DNA of 64,000 nt from Anaerolineales bacterium (GCA_050012135.1 JBEKHT010000002.1:71268-135267); one strand, 5' to 3'; positions 17,374 through 27,734 are shown, counted from the stretch's first letter. Notes: generated from the sequence alone by a model not told the origin. Translations and numbers: made by a program.

Positions 17374-17418
17374 TTGCTATCCCCTCCAGCAGCGACCTCG
17401 TCCAACCAGGAAGCCGGA

Positions 17419-17823
17419 TTAGAGACCCAAGCGGCGCAGCATCGGGGGGCCGAGGACTGCCAAGCCCAACAACACTGAAGCGACCGATGCGATGAGCACC
17501 GCCCCAGCCCCGGCGTCCTTGGCTTGTGCGGCCAAAGGGCTCTTCTCTGGCGACACTAGGTCCACAAGTGCCTCGATGGCTGTGTTCACCAGTTCTGCGC
17601 CAAAAACCAGTCCCATGGCCAGGAAGAGGAGCCCCCAGCCTACCGCAGGAACCCCGACCCATATGGCCGACAGGACAACCAGGGCTGCTATTCCTACCTG
17701 GATTCGGGCATTTCGCTGCGACCTCAGGGTAGATCGCCATCCATCAAATGCATGCCCAAAAGCTCCCCAAAGGCTTCTCGAACGCTCTGTGTACGGATCT
17801 GGGATTCCCGATTGGTGTCTCAT
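17419..17823 (-). CDS. dgkA: diacylglycerol kinase (prokaryotic DgkA family)
   Basis: 134 aa, 3 TM. Motifs: RNARIQVGIAALVV..GAELVNTAIEALVDLVSPE..AKDAGAGAV. Confidence 0.85.
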   Translation of the reverse strand: MRHQSGIPDPYTERSRSLWGAFGHAFDGWRSTLRSQRNARIQVGIAALVVLSAIWVGVPAVGWGLLFLAMGLVFGAELVNTAIEALVDLVSPEKSPLAAQAKDAGAGAVLIASVASVLLGLAVLGPPMLRRLGL

Positions 17824-18317
17824 TGTCTCGCCTTACCTTGTCCTGGCTGGATGCGCCCTTTGCGAAGGATCTCGTTCTGAATCTGCCACATTCTTGTCTT
17901 GCGGGATCGGGTGTCGTGGTCAAATCCAAGGAGATGAAGCACCCCGTGAACGACGAGCAGCTCAAGTTCTTGAGATAGCTCGTGGCCAGCATGGTCGGCT
18001 TGGCTTTTCGCTGTAGGGACCGATATGACCACGTCTCCCAGGTACCGAATTCCGCTTTCGGGATCGAACGTCTTCGAGGAGAAGGAAAGGACGTCGGTGG
18101 TCCGATGGACGGAACGAAACTCTCGGTTGAGATCTCGCAGTTCCTCATCTCCGACAAATGCAAGGGTGAGTGAACAAGGGATCAGCGCGCCCGCAAGACT
18201 CAGGGTTTCCCGTGCCAGGAATCGCAGGTGAGTCCGGGGAACAACCCTGGAGTAGCGCGGCGCGCAGTAGATTCCAATCCTCGCGCGAGAACGGCAGACG
18301 TTAGTCCAGATCGTCAT
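17820..18317 (-). CDS. ybeY: rRNA maturation endoribonuclease YbeY
   Basis: 165 aa. TDVLSF..LGDVVIS.. and the HGVLHLLGFDHD zinc motif. 4-nt overlap with dgkA. Confidence 0.85.
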   Translation of the reverse strand: MTIWTNVCRSRARIGIYCAPRYSRVVPRTHLRFLARETLSLAGALIPCSLTLAFVGDEELRDLNREFRSVHRTTDVLSFSSKTFDPESGIRYLGDVVISVPTAKSQADHAGHELSQELELLVVHGVLHLLGFDHDTRSRKTRMWQIQNEILRKGRIQPGQGKARQ

Positions 18318-20427
18318 CGGAGGGCAGCGGCGCCAAGTGAGCTCCCTCGTCCTCAGGATACTTCAGGCGCGCGTGGAGGCTGCTTCGCAACGTCTCGGTG
18401 AGGGCTAGCCGAACCTGCTCCAGGTCTTTCAAGGTCAGGTCGGTGTCGTCAAACTGATGTTGGGCCAGGCGGTCTTCGATAAGGGTTCTTACGAGGGTCT
18501 CGATTTCCCCGGCGGTTTTGGGGGCAAGTGCCCTGAATTTCGCCTCGACCCCGTCCGCCAGCATTAGAAGTGCAGCCTCCTTGGATCGCGGACGTGGCCC
18601 TGGGTAATGGTAGAGGGATTCGTCCACTTGCGAAGCCTCTCCGCCGGCAGCTTTCAGCGCCAGGTTGTATTGGAAGCTGGCGCGCAGCGTTCCATGATGT
18701 TCAGGAATCAGATCTCGCACCCGGCTCGGCAGGTGGTTTCTCCGAGCTAGGTCGAGACCATCAATTACGTGTTGCATGATAAGCCTGGCGCTAGTCGAAG
18801 GATCGAGTTGATCGTGGGGGTTCCCCTCCGGCCCCTGATTCTCCACGAAGTACTTCGGCTTAGCTGCTTTCCCGGCGTCATGGTAAAGAGCTCCGACCCG
18901 CAAGAGAAGGGTGTTCGCGTTGATGGCCTCCCCCGCATGCTCGGCCAGATTGGCCACCTGCAGGCTGTGCTGGTAAGTGCCTGGTGCGTTCCGCAGAATC
19001 ATTCGAAGAAGTGGTTGATCCGGGCGGGAGAGTTCAAGAAGCTGCATGTTCGTCGTGGTGTCAAAGAGGCTGCCAGCAAGGAGCAGAAGGCCGATAGCCA
19101 GGCTGCCCGACAGGAGCCCATTTCCGAGACTCGCTGCAGTCAACGTGAGTATTCCCGCCAGATCAGCTGAAGGTTCGGTGAGCCAGGTCATGAGCACGAC
19201 AGCGACGCCCGCGAGCGAGCCGGCCAGCCCTGCCAGAAAGAAATTGAGTGGCCTTTCCGCGCGGCCCAGTGTGAGCACGGCCATCGATGAGCCAAGGGCC
19301 GCATACAGGGCCAGATCCAACCGACCTCCCGCAATCATCCCGGACAGGACGCCAATCAGGATACCGCTGAACAAACCTAGACCAGGGCCAAATAGCGCTG
19401 CCAGGCATAGCGACAGAGAAGCCGCCGGATAGAGAAAAGGCAAGACAGTGTGGCTTGGAATCATTACTTGCGCGCCAGCGATGAACAAGAGAAAGAAGAG
19501 CGAGAGCAGCAGGGCATGCCGAAACCGCAGGGGAGGGCGCATGCGTAGGGTTCGCATGTAGAGCATCAGCAGAGTTGTCACCAGGACCACAGCAAGCACA
19601 TCGCTCAGGGTTGTGCGGGCGTCCAATCCACCCGAGTTGAGCCCGAGAGCCGTGATCGCTTCCAGGTCGGCCGCGGTGATGACTTTTCCCCGGGAGATCA
19701 CCACCTGGCCCGAGACAAAGGATCGGGTGACCGGCGCGACCTTGCTGGCTACCTCTTGCTGCAGGGCCTCCGTGCTGGCCTTGTTGAAGAGACTGTTAGG
19801 TACAACCAAGTTGTGGACGAGATCTGCAACCAGGACTGCCTCGCTTTCCGGAAGGCTGAGGCTAACGTACGCTGGCAGGGAGTCGCGCGCGTCCGCAAGG
19901 CGATCGGGGCGGATCTCCTGGCGCATTACCTGCTCGAGGACGGAGGCGCACTGGGCCTGTACGAGTTGCCAGTCCACGTCGCTTAACTGAAGGACCTGAG
20001 AGGCCGTGCTCTCGTCCAGATGAACAACCGCCATGGACAGGAGATCCTGTACCTTCTGACTCGGGGTTGAGTAAGCATCCGCGCGGACGGCGGTGATGTA
20101 GGCCAGTGAGCTCACCAAGGATTGGGCCTGTTGGCGGGCGATATTTGGATCGGCCGGGTCGTAAACGGGGAGAACTTGGCTGACCGCTTCTTGCCGCGCC
20201 TGATCAGTGAGAACTTGGCTTACGAAGGCCACGGACCGAGGGGCAAGCACATCTTGGGGCGCCACTTGGCCGAGGCTTAGCGACACAGAGCGCTCTCCAG
20301 GCATGATGGGCAGGGCGAGGAGGAGGGTCGAAGCAAGGGCTGTAGCTACCACCAGCGACCCCATGGGCAGGCCCTGAAGCAGGGGGCGAAGCCAGGAGAA
20401 AGAAGGGGTTCCGGATTGGGTGGTCAT
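18301..20427 (-). CDS. 7TM-receptor HD/HDIG phosphohydrolase (PgpH/YqfF-like)
   Basis: 708 aa with an extracellular N-domain, a 7-TM block and a C-terminal HD domain (YQHSLQVANLAEHAGEAI..GALYHDAGK). The conserved neighbourhood with ybeY and dgkA supports the call. Confidence 0.85.
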   Translation of the reverse strand: MTTQSGTPSFSWLRPLLQGLPMGSLVVATALASTLLLALPIMPGERSVSLSLGQVAPQDVLAPRSVAFVSQVLTDQARQEAVSQVLPVYDPADPNIARQQAQSLVSSLAYITAVRADAYSTPSQKVQDLLSMAVVHLDESTASQVLQLSDVDWQLVQAQCASVLEQVMRQEIRPDRLADARDSLPAYVSLSLPESEAVLVADLVHNLVVPNSLFNKASTEALQQEVASKVAPVTRSFVSGQVVISRGKVITAADLEAITALGLNSGGLDARTTLSDVLAVVLVTTLLMLYMRTLRMRPPLRFRHALLLSLFFLLFIAGAQVMIPSHTVLPFLYPAASLSLCLAALFGPGLGLFSGILIGVLSGMIAGGRLDLALYAALGSSMAVLTLGRAERPLNFFLAGLAGSLAGVAVVLMTWLTEPSADLAGILTLTAASLGNGLLSGSLAIGLLLLAGSLFDTTTNMQLLELSRPDQPLLRMILRNAPGTYQHSLQVANLAEHAGEAINANTLLLRVGALYHDAGKAAKPKYFVENQGPEGNPHDQLDPSTSARLIMQHVIDGLDLARRNHLPSRVRDLIPEHHGTLRASFQYNLALKAAGGEASQVDESLYHYPGPRPRSKEAALLMLADGVEAKFRALAPKTAGEIETLVRTLIEDRLAQHQFDDTDLTLKDLEQVRLALTETLRSSLHARLKYPEDEGAHLAPLPSDDDLD

Positions 20428-20460
20428 GGGCGGGGGGAAGGTTCCCGAGCGCGCGGAAAG

Positions 20461-20907
20461 TCATTCACTGAGGAGCTTGCGGACAGCATCGCTTGCCTCC
20501 CGACCATCTGCACGGCCCTGTAGCAAGGGAAGCAACACTTTCATCACCTTGCCCATGTCGGCCGGTCCCTTGGCATCCGTTTGCTGCATAGCCTGCTTAG
20601 CAAGCGCTTCCAGCTCCGCGCGCGAGATAGAAGGGGGGAGAAGTTGCTTGAGGAAATCAAGTTCCGCACGAGATTCGCTAGCGATGTCAGGGCGCCCAGC
20701 CCGTTCCGCGTCCGCAATCGTCTCCTGACGAACCTTTAGCTCGCGCTGAAGAACGGACCGGAAACCCGCCTCATCCAGCGGCATACGCTTTTCGACCTCG
20801 GCCAGTTTGATGGCGGAAAGAAGCATCCGCAAAGTTCGTTTGCGAACCTCGTCGCCCGCCCGCAGCGCGTCCTTGAGCGATTGTTCCAGATCCTGTTTGG
20901 TCACCAT
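20461..20907 (-). CDS. GatB/YqeY domain protein
   Basis: ORF 20461..20937(-) trimmed to the ATG at 20907. Motifs: LKDALRAGDEVRKRTLRMLLSAIK..ELKVRQETIADAERAGRPD..DMGKVMKVL. Confidence 0.85.
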   Translation of the reverse strand: MVTKQDLEQSLKDALRAGDEVRKRTLRMLLSAIKLAEVEKRMPLDEAGFRSVLQRELKVRQETIADAERAGRPDIASESRAELDFLKQLLPPSISRAELEALAKQAMQQTDAKGPADMGKVMKVLLPLLQGRADGREASDAVRKLLSE

Positions 20908-21568
20908 GTCTGAGATTATAAAGGTCACTGGACTCAATGGTCAAATCCAGTGCGAAGGATGGAGCCAGCGACCACGATGCCGCCCAAACGAGGTCCCGAC
21001 CGCCAGTAGCCCCAAGATACGGTTGAGGCCCGACGGTTACCCAGGCAGACGGGATCGACGGGAGAAACGCAAGCCCTGAACCAGAAGTCGTGCAGCAACC
21101 GCCGAAGAATCCCGCTGAAAACGACATGTGGACACTCAGAGAGAACTAAGAGGGTTCCTGGTAGGATGCGCATGAAAGGAGGGCCCTCATGAAGCCAGTT
21201 CCTTCCCTGCTGGGATCGGCGACCCGGGGCGGGCAGCTCCGGATTTCCGGAACGAAGCTGGGACAAGAGCTTGTTGGATTGGCTGGATAAGGCGGATTCT
21301 GGCGCTGGAGGCCGCAGCAGAGTGGGATCCATCTGAGAAGCTATCCCAGTTTGAGGCGCAAGGGCAAGTGAGAGTGGTCGTCCCGATGAACTGAACCATC
21401 TCAATCAAGACCTCAAGCTTGGTTGTGGTAGGAAGGTCCTTGGATCACAGGGGGATAGATCTGAGGGCCTTTCTTCTGTCATGCCCAAGGAAGCAACGCA
21501 GCGCACACTTTGTGCTTGGACGAATGGACGGCCGGAACGCTCGTCACAATGCTTGCAGTAGCAGTGTC

Positions 21569-21574
21569 TATAAT
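21569..21574 (+). promoter_or_regulatory. perfect TATAAT hexamer in the AT-richer patch upstream of regulator paralog 2 (candidate -10)
   Basis: Read directly (gtgtcTATAATtgaca). No convincing -35 lies at 17 nt. It is about 180 nt upstream of the ATG at 21754. Confidence 0.25.
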
Positions 21575-21753
21575 TGACATGACTGCAGAAAGGGAAGAAT
21601 TGGATCTCTGATCAAGGTTCTCCCGCCAAGGGTTGGCAGCACGCATGAATAAAAGAATCCACTGATTTCACGATCCCGTCAGATCGACCCAGAGTGGCGG
21701 GCGTAGCCCGGCTGGCAAAAGGGCGCCATCTTTGAGGTGGGGGGAGGCAACCC

Positions 21754-24700
21754 ATGAAGGGGGAAGAAGACCCGGAATCCGAATCCGGTGTTCGTCACGC
21801 AATCAGCCCCCCTGTTTTCGGACGGGATAAGGTCCACCGTGAACGGCTTGTGGATCTGATCCGCGCATATCTGCCTCGCAAACTGATCGTAATTGCCGCG
21901 CCGGCTGGCTACGGAAAGACAACCCTACTGGCCGATTTCTCAGCGCACTCGGAATTCCCGGTTTGCTGGGTGCGGCTCTCTGATCTGGACGCTGACCCGA
22001 TGCGACTGGCCACCTTGCTGATCGCCTCCCTTTCTCGGCGCTTTCGCACCCTCGGCCGCCATCTTGGCGCAGAAGGGCTCGTCGGGCTTTCTGCGGAAGG
22101 AATGGCTCATGCCCTCACCCACACAATTAACATAAAGGTGACGCGTCCATTCATCCTTGGGCTTGATGATGTCCAATGCCTCAACAGCTCGAAGTCGGCA
22201 CTATCTCTTCTCGACGAATTCATTCGCAATCAACCGGATCAAGTAACGCTCCTTGTCGCAGGACGAGCTGTGCCCGAGATCCCAATGACGCGACTGGTTG
22301 CAGAAGGAGAGGTGGCCGCGATCGGTCCTGCCGATCTTGCACTGACCAGGGAGGAATTGATCGCCGTGGAGCACTCGCGCATGGGAGTGGATCTGGATGC
22401 CAAAACGGCCGATAGGATTCTGGATGAGACCGGTGGGTGGGTAATGGGGGTGATTCTATCGGGGAATGCCTCTGTTCGGGGGATGCAGATTCTAGCCGAA
22501 TCGACGCAACCTGCGGTCTATGATTACCTGGCCTCAGTCGTGCTGGGAAAGCAGCCAGAAAAGTTGCGTCGTTTTATGCTGGAAGCCTGCGCCCTTCCGG
22601 TCATGACCGCAGAGGCGTGCAATGCCGTGCTCGATATGGCGCACAGTCACCATTATCTCGAGCAGCTCGTCCGACGCGGATTGTTTGTCGTGGCAGCCGA
22701 GGAACACCCGAGAACCTATGAGTTTCACTCCCAATTCCGCCGATTCCTCATTGAGGCTCTCCGCTCGACAGACGGAAACAGACTTCGGAGGCTTCAAGCC
22801 CGGTCCGCGTCTTATCTTGCCAAACATGGGGAACCGGAAGAGGCAGTCGAGCTGTATATCGAAGCGGGCGACCCGAGGAGGGCCGGGCGCCTGGCGGGGA
22901 GGAATGCGACGCGACTTGAGCGAGAGGGCAGATACGGATTGCTGGAGGCGTGGAGTGAAAACCTCCGCAGGCGCGGCGTGTTTGATCCCCATGTTGATCT
23001 GTCGCTCGCCTTTGCGTTAGTGATGCAAGGAAGAGGGCCGGAAGCGCGGGCCCTGATCAAGAAATGGAGAAGGGCCGCCGGCAGCAGCAATGCAGAATTG
23101 CGTCGGAAGTACCACCTGGCCCTGGTGCACCAACTGGTATTCGCAAGCAGATTTGAGAAGGCCATCAAGACCATCAGACGTTTCACTTGGCGGGCAAGGG
23201 CTCGAGGGGACCGGGAAGGTCGCGCAGACTGCCTGCTGCTGGAGGCTTTCTGCGACGTGGAGAGGCGAGCCGATCTGACACGGGCGGCTGATCTGGCCCT
23301 TGACGGGGTCCGGATTGGGGAAAGGCTCTCAGATGCGGTGCGACTTGCTGGTGCCCTGTCCAATGCGTCGGCTGCCGTCTGGGCCGCTTGCGGGCCTCTC
23401 GAAGCAATGCCTCTCGCGAGACGCGGAAACAAGCTAGCTTCGGTTGGCTCGTCACCCACCAGGAAAGCCGCGCTCTTGAATAATCTGGGCTCTCTTGAGC
23501 ACTCGATGGGCAGGTACGAAGCTGGATTTCAGCACCTTAACGAGGGGCTGGTTCAGGCGCGCAGGGCAGACGCACGCATGTGGGAATCGCAGCTCTCCCT
23601 CAGTCTGGCGGACCTGCTTGCCGACCTTGGGCTCGTGAACCAAGCGAGTTCCTACTACCGTTCTGCTGCTTCAGTGGGAGAACGGGCGTGGGGCATTCGT
23701 CAAAGGGTGGTTTCCTGCATCCAGGAGGCAAATTGCTACAGAAGGAACGGGGACCCGGAGCGAGCCAGGCGAGTCATGGCGTCTGTTCGCCCGGGCTCCG
23801 GTCGCCAGTGGAAGCCGCAATTGCAACTGGCCAAGGCCGCATTGGAAGTCTCCGAGCATCCCTCCGGCGCGCGCAGGATCGTTAGAAGACTCTTCACGGC
23901 AGGCCAACCTTCTCTTTATGCGGAGGAGGAAGTCTTCGCACACTATCTCCTCTCGCGAGCGGCCTGGGGTCTTTCCGAAGGAGCCTCCGCGAAGAAATAC
24001 ATGAGCGAGGCGCTCTCCAGAGCCAAGCAAATCGGTGCGGAGCAGGTCATTGCCCGAGAACTTCAGGGAGACGAAGCCTTCCGCAGCTTCGCGGAAGAGC
24101 AGTTCGCCGAGTCGGACTTCTTCGCCGTCGTTATCACTCGAATGGCGGACATGAAGGCATTCGCCAAGAAACTCAGGGCAAATGGCATGGCACCTGGCCG
24201 CGCGGCTAGGATCCGAGTCTCAGCCATGGGCGGGAATGAAGTCGCCTTGAATGAACGGGCGCTCCGCGCGCTGCCTCCACTTGCCCGCCAACTGGCGGCC
24301 TATCTGGCTGATACTGGTCAAGTTCAACGGGATCGGCTCTTGGAGGACTTCTGGCCGGCATCTTCGAAGGGTCGCCAAACAGCCAACTTCCATAGCACCC
24401 TTTACAGCCTTCGTCGCGCTCTCGGAAAGAGCGCCGTCCTTCAGGAGGCGGGCACGTACCTGTTCAATCCAAAGGCGAGCATCCAATTCGATGTTGACAT
24501 GTTTGAACAGGCCGCAGTGCAGGCTCAATCCAGCAGCACGCCGTCCGAGGATCGGCTGGCGGAACTCAACGGTGCTCTCGAAATGTACAGGGGGGAATTC
24601 CTTCCTGGATGTGGCCAGGAGTGGGCGGCCCGCAGGCGCGAGATTCTGACCGAGAAGTATCTGGCCCTCACGCGAGCCTTCGCTGAGGCCGCCCTTCAAG

Positions 24701-24921
24701 CTGGCCGTCCCCGCGAAGCGGCCGAGAGATTGCGTTCGGCCTTGGCGGTTGATCCCTATGACGACGATCTGAATCTGCTCTACCTCGAAGCGCTCGGCCA
24801 AATGGGGCGGCGCGGGCAGTTGGTCACCCACTATCATCGGTATTGCAAGCTCCTGGCCACCGAGCTGGGGCTCGACCCTCCGGACCAAGTCCGATCCCGG
24901 TATACAGACCTCATTGGGTAG
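21754..24921 (+). CDS. STAND (MalT-like P-loop) - TPR - wHTH - BTAD transcriptional regulator, paralog 2
   Basis: 1055 aa with the same architecture as 10659..13880. Walker A is LIVIAAPAGYGKTTL. The C-terminus is VSAMGGNEVALNERALRALPPLARQLAAYLA..FWP..LYSLRRAL, then BTAD (..ALAVDPYDDDLNLLYLEALGQMGRRGQLVTHYHRYCKLLATELGLDPPDQ). Confidence 0.85.
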   Translation: MKGEEDPESESGVRHAISPPVFGRDKVHRERLVDLIRAYLPRKLIVIAAPAGYGKTTLLADFSAHSEFPVCWVRLSDLDADPMRLATLLIASLSRRFRTLGRHLGAEGLVGLSAEGMAHALTHTINIKVTRPFILGLDDVQCLNSSKSALSLLDEFIRNQPDQVTLLVAGRAVPEIPMTRLVAEGEVAAIGPADLALTREELIAVEHSRMGVDLDAKTADRILDETGGWVMGVILSGNASVRGMQILAESTQPAVYDYLASVVLGKQPEKLRRFMLEACALPVMTAEACNAVLDMAHSHHYLEQLVRRGLFVVAAEEHPRTYEFHSQFRRFLIEALRSTDGNRLRRLQARSASYLAKHGEPEEAVELYIEAGDPRRAGRLAGRNATRLEREGRYGLLEAWSENLRRRGVFDPHVDLSLAFALVMQGRGPEARALIKKWRRAAGSSNAELRRKYHLALVHQLVFASRFEKAIKTIRRFTWRARARGDREGRADCLLLEAFCDVERRADLTRAADLALDGVRIGERLSDAVRLAGALSNASAAVWAACGPLEAMPLARRGNKLASVGSSPTRKAALLNNLGSLEHSMGRYEAGFQHLNEGLVQARRADARMWESQLSLSLADLLADLGLVNQASSYYRSAASVGERAWGIRQRVVSCIQEANCYRRNGDPERARRVMASVRPGSGRQWKPQLQLAKAALEVSEHPSGARRIVRRLFTAGQPSLYAEEEVFAHYLLSRAAWGLSEGASAKKYMSEALSRAKQIGAEQVIARELQGDEAFRSFAEEQFAESDFFAVVITRMADMKAFAKKLRANGMAPGRAARIRVSAMGGNEVALNERALRALPPLARQLAAYLADTGQVQRDRLLEDFWPASSKGRQTANFHSTLYSLRRALGKSAVLQEAGTYLFNPKASIQFDVDMFEQAAVQAQSSSTPSEDRLAELNGALEMYRGEFLPGCGQEWAARRREILTEKYLALTRAFAEAALQAGRPREAAERLRSALAVDPYDDDLNLLYLEALGQMGRRGQLVTHYHRYCKLLATELGLDPPDQVRSRYTDLIG

Positions 24922-25498
24922 GGCGGCCAGGCGGAAACCTACGGGTCTGACTGTGCGAACCAGCCCGTTTGTTGTTCGAAAGGCCTCATCGGTGGCTTGG
25001 CATGGCAGAACGCCTCTCGAAGGTCGGCCCCTTTGATCCCGCAAGGGACAGTCCGTGCGCCCGAGGAGGGGGACCGACGTGGCGAAGGTTCTTGGTGACT
25101 CTCCTGCAAACCGTGTCCTGTCTGGCAAGTGTCGTCTTCTGGTGTCACCAGGGAAGGGGAGGGGTGGACAAGCGCCGCAGCAGGAGGGGGCTCCCGTCAG
25201 ATCGGCGGTGATCTGGTCGCGCGAGGCGGGAGAACTCAACGGACTGTAAGGGAGCTCCTCGAGCGACCTCAAGATGGGACCGACTTGATTGCACAATCCT
25301 CCGGGATGAGACTTGGACGGTGTCGGCAGCCTGCGCCGGGCTGGATTGATCTCGTTATGAAAGGATGTCGCCACTTGGATTCTGCGCGTAATCGTGGAAA
25401 CCAGCCCTGTTCGCGACTCAGCCACGAGGAGAGGAACGAACTCATCTCCATTTTCCCTTGGAAGGTACCTTGCTTGGGAGGTGGAATGAGCTGTGGGG

Positions 25499-26140
25499 CT
25501 ATCCTCTCGGCCCTTGGGCTTGGGACATCAGGTCGATTCCAAGGACTCCGAGAAAAAGGACAACGATTCGTGCCGTAACTCCCCAGATGACATGCTCCTC
25601 GAAGGGCTGGTAAATCGGAACCCATTCCGGCCTTTCCTGTGCCGGCTTGGGCCGGGGCTGCCAGTGGAGATTCGAAGCATGTGCTAGCCACCGGAGGGGG
25701 ACGTGGAAGATCTCGCGGACCTCAATTGGAGACGGCCGTAGCAGCGCCGGCCAGGAAAAGGCGCCTACAATTGGAGTGACCAAGAAACCCGTCACGGTCC
25801 CAAGAGGATCAAGCTGTCCCAGAACTCTCACTTGGTCCGAGGCGAGGCCTATTTCTTCCTCGGTCTCACGCAGCGCGGTCTCAATGGCTGCTTCCGTCGG
25901 ACCGTGCGACTGCCCGCCCGGGAAGGAGACCTGACCCGGGTGTTCCTCCACAGACTGGCTGCGCTCCGTGAACAGGAGCCGCCAGCCCTCGTCGGCCCGA
26001 AACATCGGGACCAGCACAGCCGCCTTGCGTCCCGAGGGATGATCTTCAGTTTCACTTGATAGCCCCGCGGCGCCTTTGGCCTGGCTCAGCTGGCGTGCAA
26101 TTTCGGCCTCAGTCAGGGAGGGCGGGTAGTCCAAGGTCAC
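25499..26140 (-). CDS. NUDIX hydrolase, CoA pyrophosphatase-like
   Basis: 213 aa. AAVLVPMF.. precedes the Nudix box GQVSFPGGQSHGPTEAAIETALRETEEEIGL. Confidence 0.8.
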   Translation of the reverse strand: MTLDYPPSLTEAEIARQLSQAKGAAGLSSETEDHPSGRKAAVLVPMFRADEGWRLLFTERSQSVEEHPGQVSFPGGQSHGPTEAAIETALRETEEEIGLASDQVRVLGQLDPLGTVTGFLVTPIVGAFSWPALLRPSPIEVREIFHVPLRWLAHASNLHWQPRPKPAQERPEWVPIYQPFEEHVIWGVTARIVVLFLGVLGIDLMSQAQGPRG

Positions 26141-26149
26141 CTTGAGGTT

Positions 26150-26640
26150 TTACCTTTCAATGCCGATCGGACTCACGCAGCAGCTGCGCTCTGCAGTTCC
26201 TTCGTCAATCCACTCGACTTCGTCTGGCGGGACGCTGCCTCCGCAATGCAGGCATTTAGTGGACAACCTGCGAATCGCACTCGGCTCGGCCCCCCCAAGA
26301 AGTGGTCTCGTGGCCCTTAAGCATTGTGCTGAGCCACGCAGCCAGTTCATCTGCCTCCGTCTGCCTGGCCTAGCCCGCGCAATTCGGCCACGAAACCGTT
26401 TCCTGCGCGATCCAGGATTCTCCAGCGCTGCATCTGAGACAGGATCGAAAGCCCTTCCTGCGCAAGGGATACCACCCCTCGGGAGCCTCAGTGGCAAGCG
26501 ATCTGGCTCTGGCTGCCAGAGGGAGGAGCAGCGGGGCCCCGGGCAAACCGGCCTGGAGTGCGCCTTGGGCGAGGTTCCCAAGAATCTTGGCGGCGTCTTT
26601 ATACTTTCCCTGATCCATCAGGCGATGCGCTGTTGCCAGC
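26150..26640 (-). pseudogene. small helical protein with a C-terminal zinc-ribbon, apparently interrupted by about 3 frame changes
   Basis: Protein-like segments hop frames: MDQGKYKDAAKILGNLAQGALQAGLPGAP.., then GVVSLAQEGLSILSQMQRWRILDRAGNGFVAELRGLGQ, then TEADELAAWLSTMLKGHETT, then ..RRLSTKCLHCGGSVPPDEVEWIDEGTAERSCC. One junction sits at a C7/G7 homopolymer (26290-26296). Confidence 0.4.
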
Positions 26641-26727
26641 CTCCGTCTTGGCCCTTCCCCGAGGGGAACTCCCACAACCCAGGGATCGGGACCCCCATGC
26701 CTCTCCGAGCCACATCGGGGGGCCTCC

Positions 26728-27585
26728 TCAGCCTTCCAGCTCCGCCGCGGACTCTCCATCATCCGGCGTTGAAGCCTCTTCCGCTGCGGCCGCCTCCATC
26801 TGTCCTCCGTTTTCAGGTTCAATCACGGGGCGAGCAAAGATGAGAAATCCGGTGTGGGCGACCATGCGGTCCGTTGGGCGTAATCGCTCGGCTATGGGCT
26901 TATAGTAACGCAGCGAGATCTCGCACACCTCCACAAAGGCAAACTGATTCCGCTCGAGGGCGGAGAGCAAGAGGCTGACCTGGTTCGTCGTCGGCAGGAT
27001 GGCCCCGAAAAATCCGCCTGGGGCCAAAGCCGCCCGAACTTGAGGCAGGTAGTCGTAAGGGTTGGGCAAATCCAGGAACAGCGAGGGGACACCTTTCTCT
27101 TCGAAGCCGGAGCCGACGTCCCGCAGTCTCAAGACAACGCGGTCCGCCAGCCCCAGCGGTTGGAGGTTGCGCAACGCCACGTCCTGCATATCGGATCGGA
27201 CGTCGTAAGAGATCACACGTCCTGCAGGACCAACCGCGGTCGCCAGGGCGACCGTCATCGCACCGGAACCCGTTCCCGCCTCGATCACCGTCTGACCGGG
27301 CGTGACCGAGAGTTTGAGAAGGATATAGCCGATGTCTTTGGGGAAAACGATCTGGCTTCTGCGCCGGATGTCGCGCAGGATGTCGCTGAGCGAGGGAGGC
27401 AGCAGGTAAAAAGGGCGGCCCAGATGGCTTGTGACGAGAGTCCCCCACGGCTTCCCAATCATGTCATCGTGTTGAATTACCCCACGATGGGTTTGCACTT
27501 GAGCGCCTGCTTGCAGCTTGACCAATCGGTACTTGTGATCGCGCCCGACGAGCTGCACTAGATCCCCGGCCTGTGTGCGGTCCAC
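26728..27585 (-). CDS. trmI: tRNA (adenine(58)-N1)-methyltransferase TrmI/Gcd14 family
   Basis: ORF 26728..27711(-) trimmed to the GTG at 27585, which follows AGGAGGAGG. Motifs: IVFPKDIGYILLKLSVTPGQTVIEAGTGSGAMTVALATAVGPAGRVISYD. Confidence 0.85.
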   Translation of the reverse strand: MDRTQAGDLVQLVGRDHKYRLVKLQAGAQVQTHRGVIQHDDMIGKPWGTLVTSHLGRPFYLLPPSLSDILRDIRRRSQIVFPKDIGYILLKLSVTPGQTVIEAGTGSGAMTVALATAVGPAGRVISYDVRSDMQDVALRNLQPLGLADRVVLRLRDVGSGFEEKGVPSLFLDLPNPYDYLPQVRAALAPGGFFGAILPTTNQVSLLLSALERNQFAFVEVCEISLRYYKPIAERLRPTDRMVAHTGFLIFARPVIEPENGGQMEAAAAEEASTPDDGESAAELEG

Positions 27586-27734
27586 CGCTCCACGCCTCCT
27601 CCTGCAATCTGCTCCTGCATTGTAACTTTCTGGAATGGCGGACGCAATCTCAAGCCGGGGAGGCCAAGGGAACAGGCTCCGGTTTGCGCTCCTCAAGGGC
27701 GCAGGATACACTGCCCCGTCTCAGGAGGTTCAAG

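Noticed and set aside
24969-25211. An 80-aa ORF with one hydrophobic stretch, plus a lone TGTTCG just downstream of regulator paralog 2, as a possible counterpart of the 14.2-kb locus.
   Set aside because: It has a TTG start without an SD and an Arg-rich low-complexity tail. There is only one half-site. The evidence is insufficient.
24220-25425. 401-aa ORF on the minus strand opposite regulator paralog 2.
   Set aside because: The translation is Arg/Pro/Gly/Ser-rich with no motifs, which is typical of a stop-free antisense frame in GC-rich DNA. The sense strand has clear wHTH/BTAD motifs.
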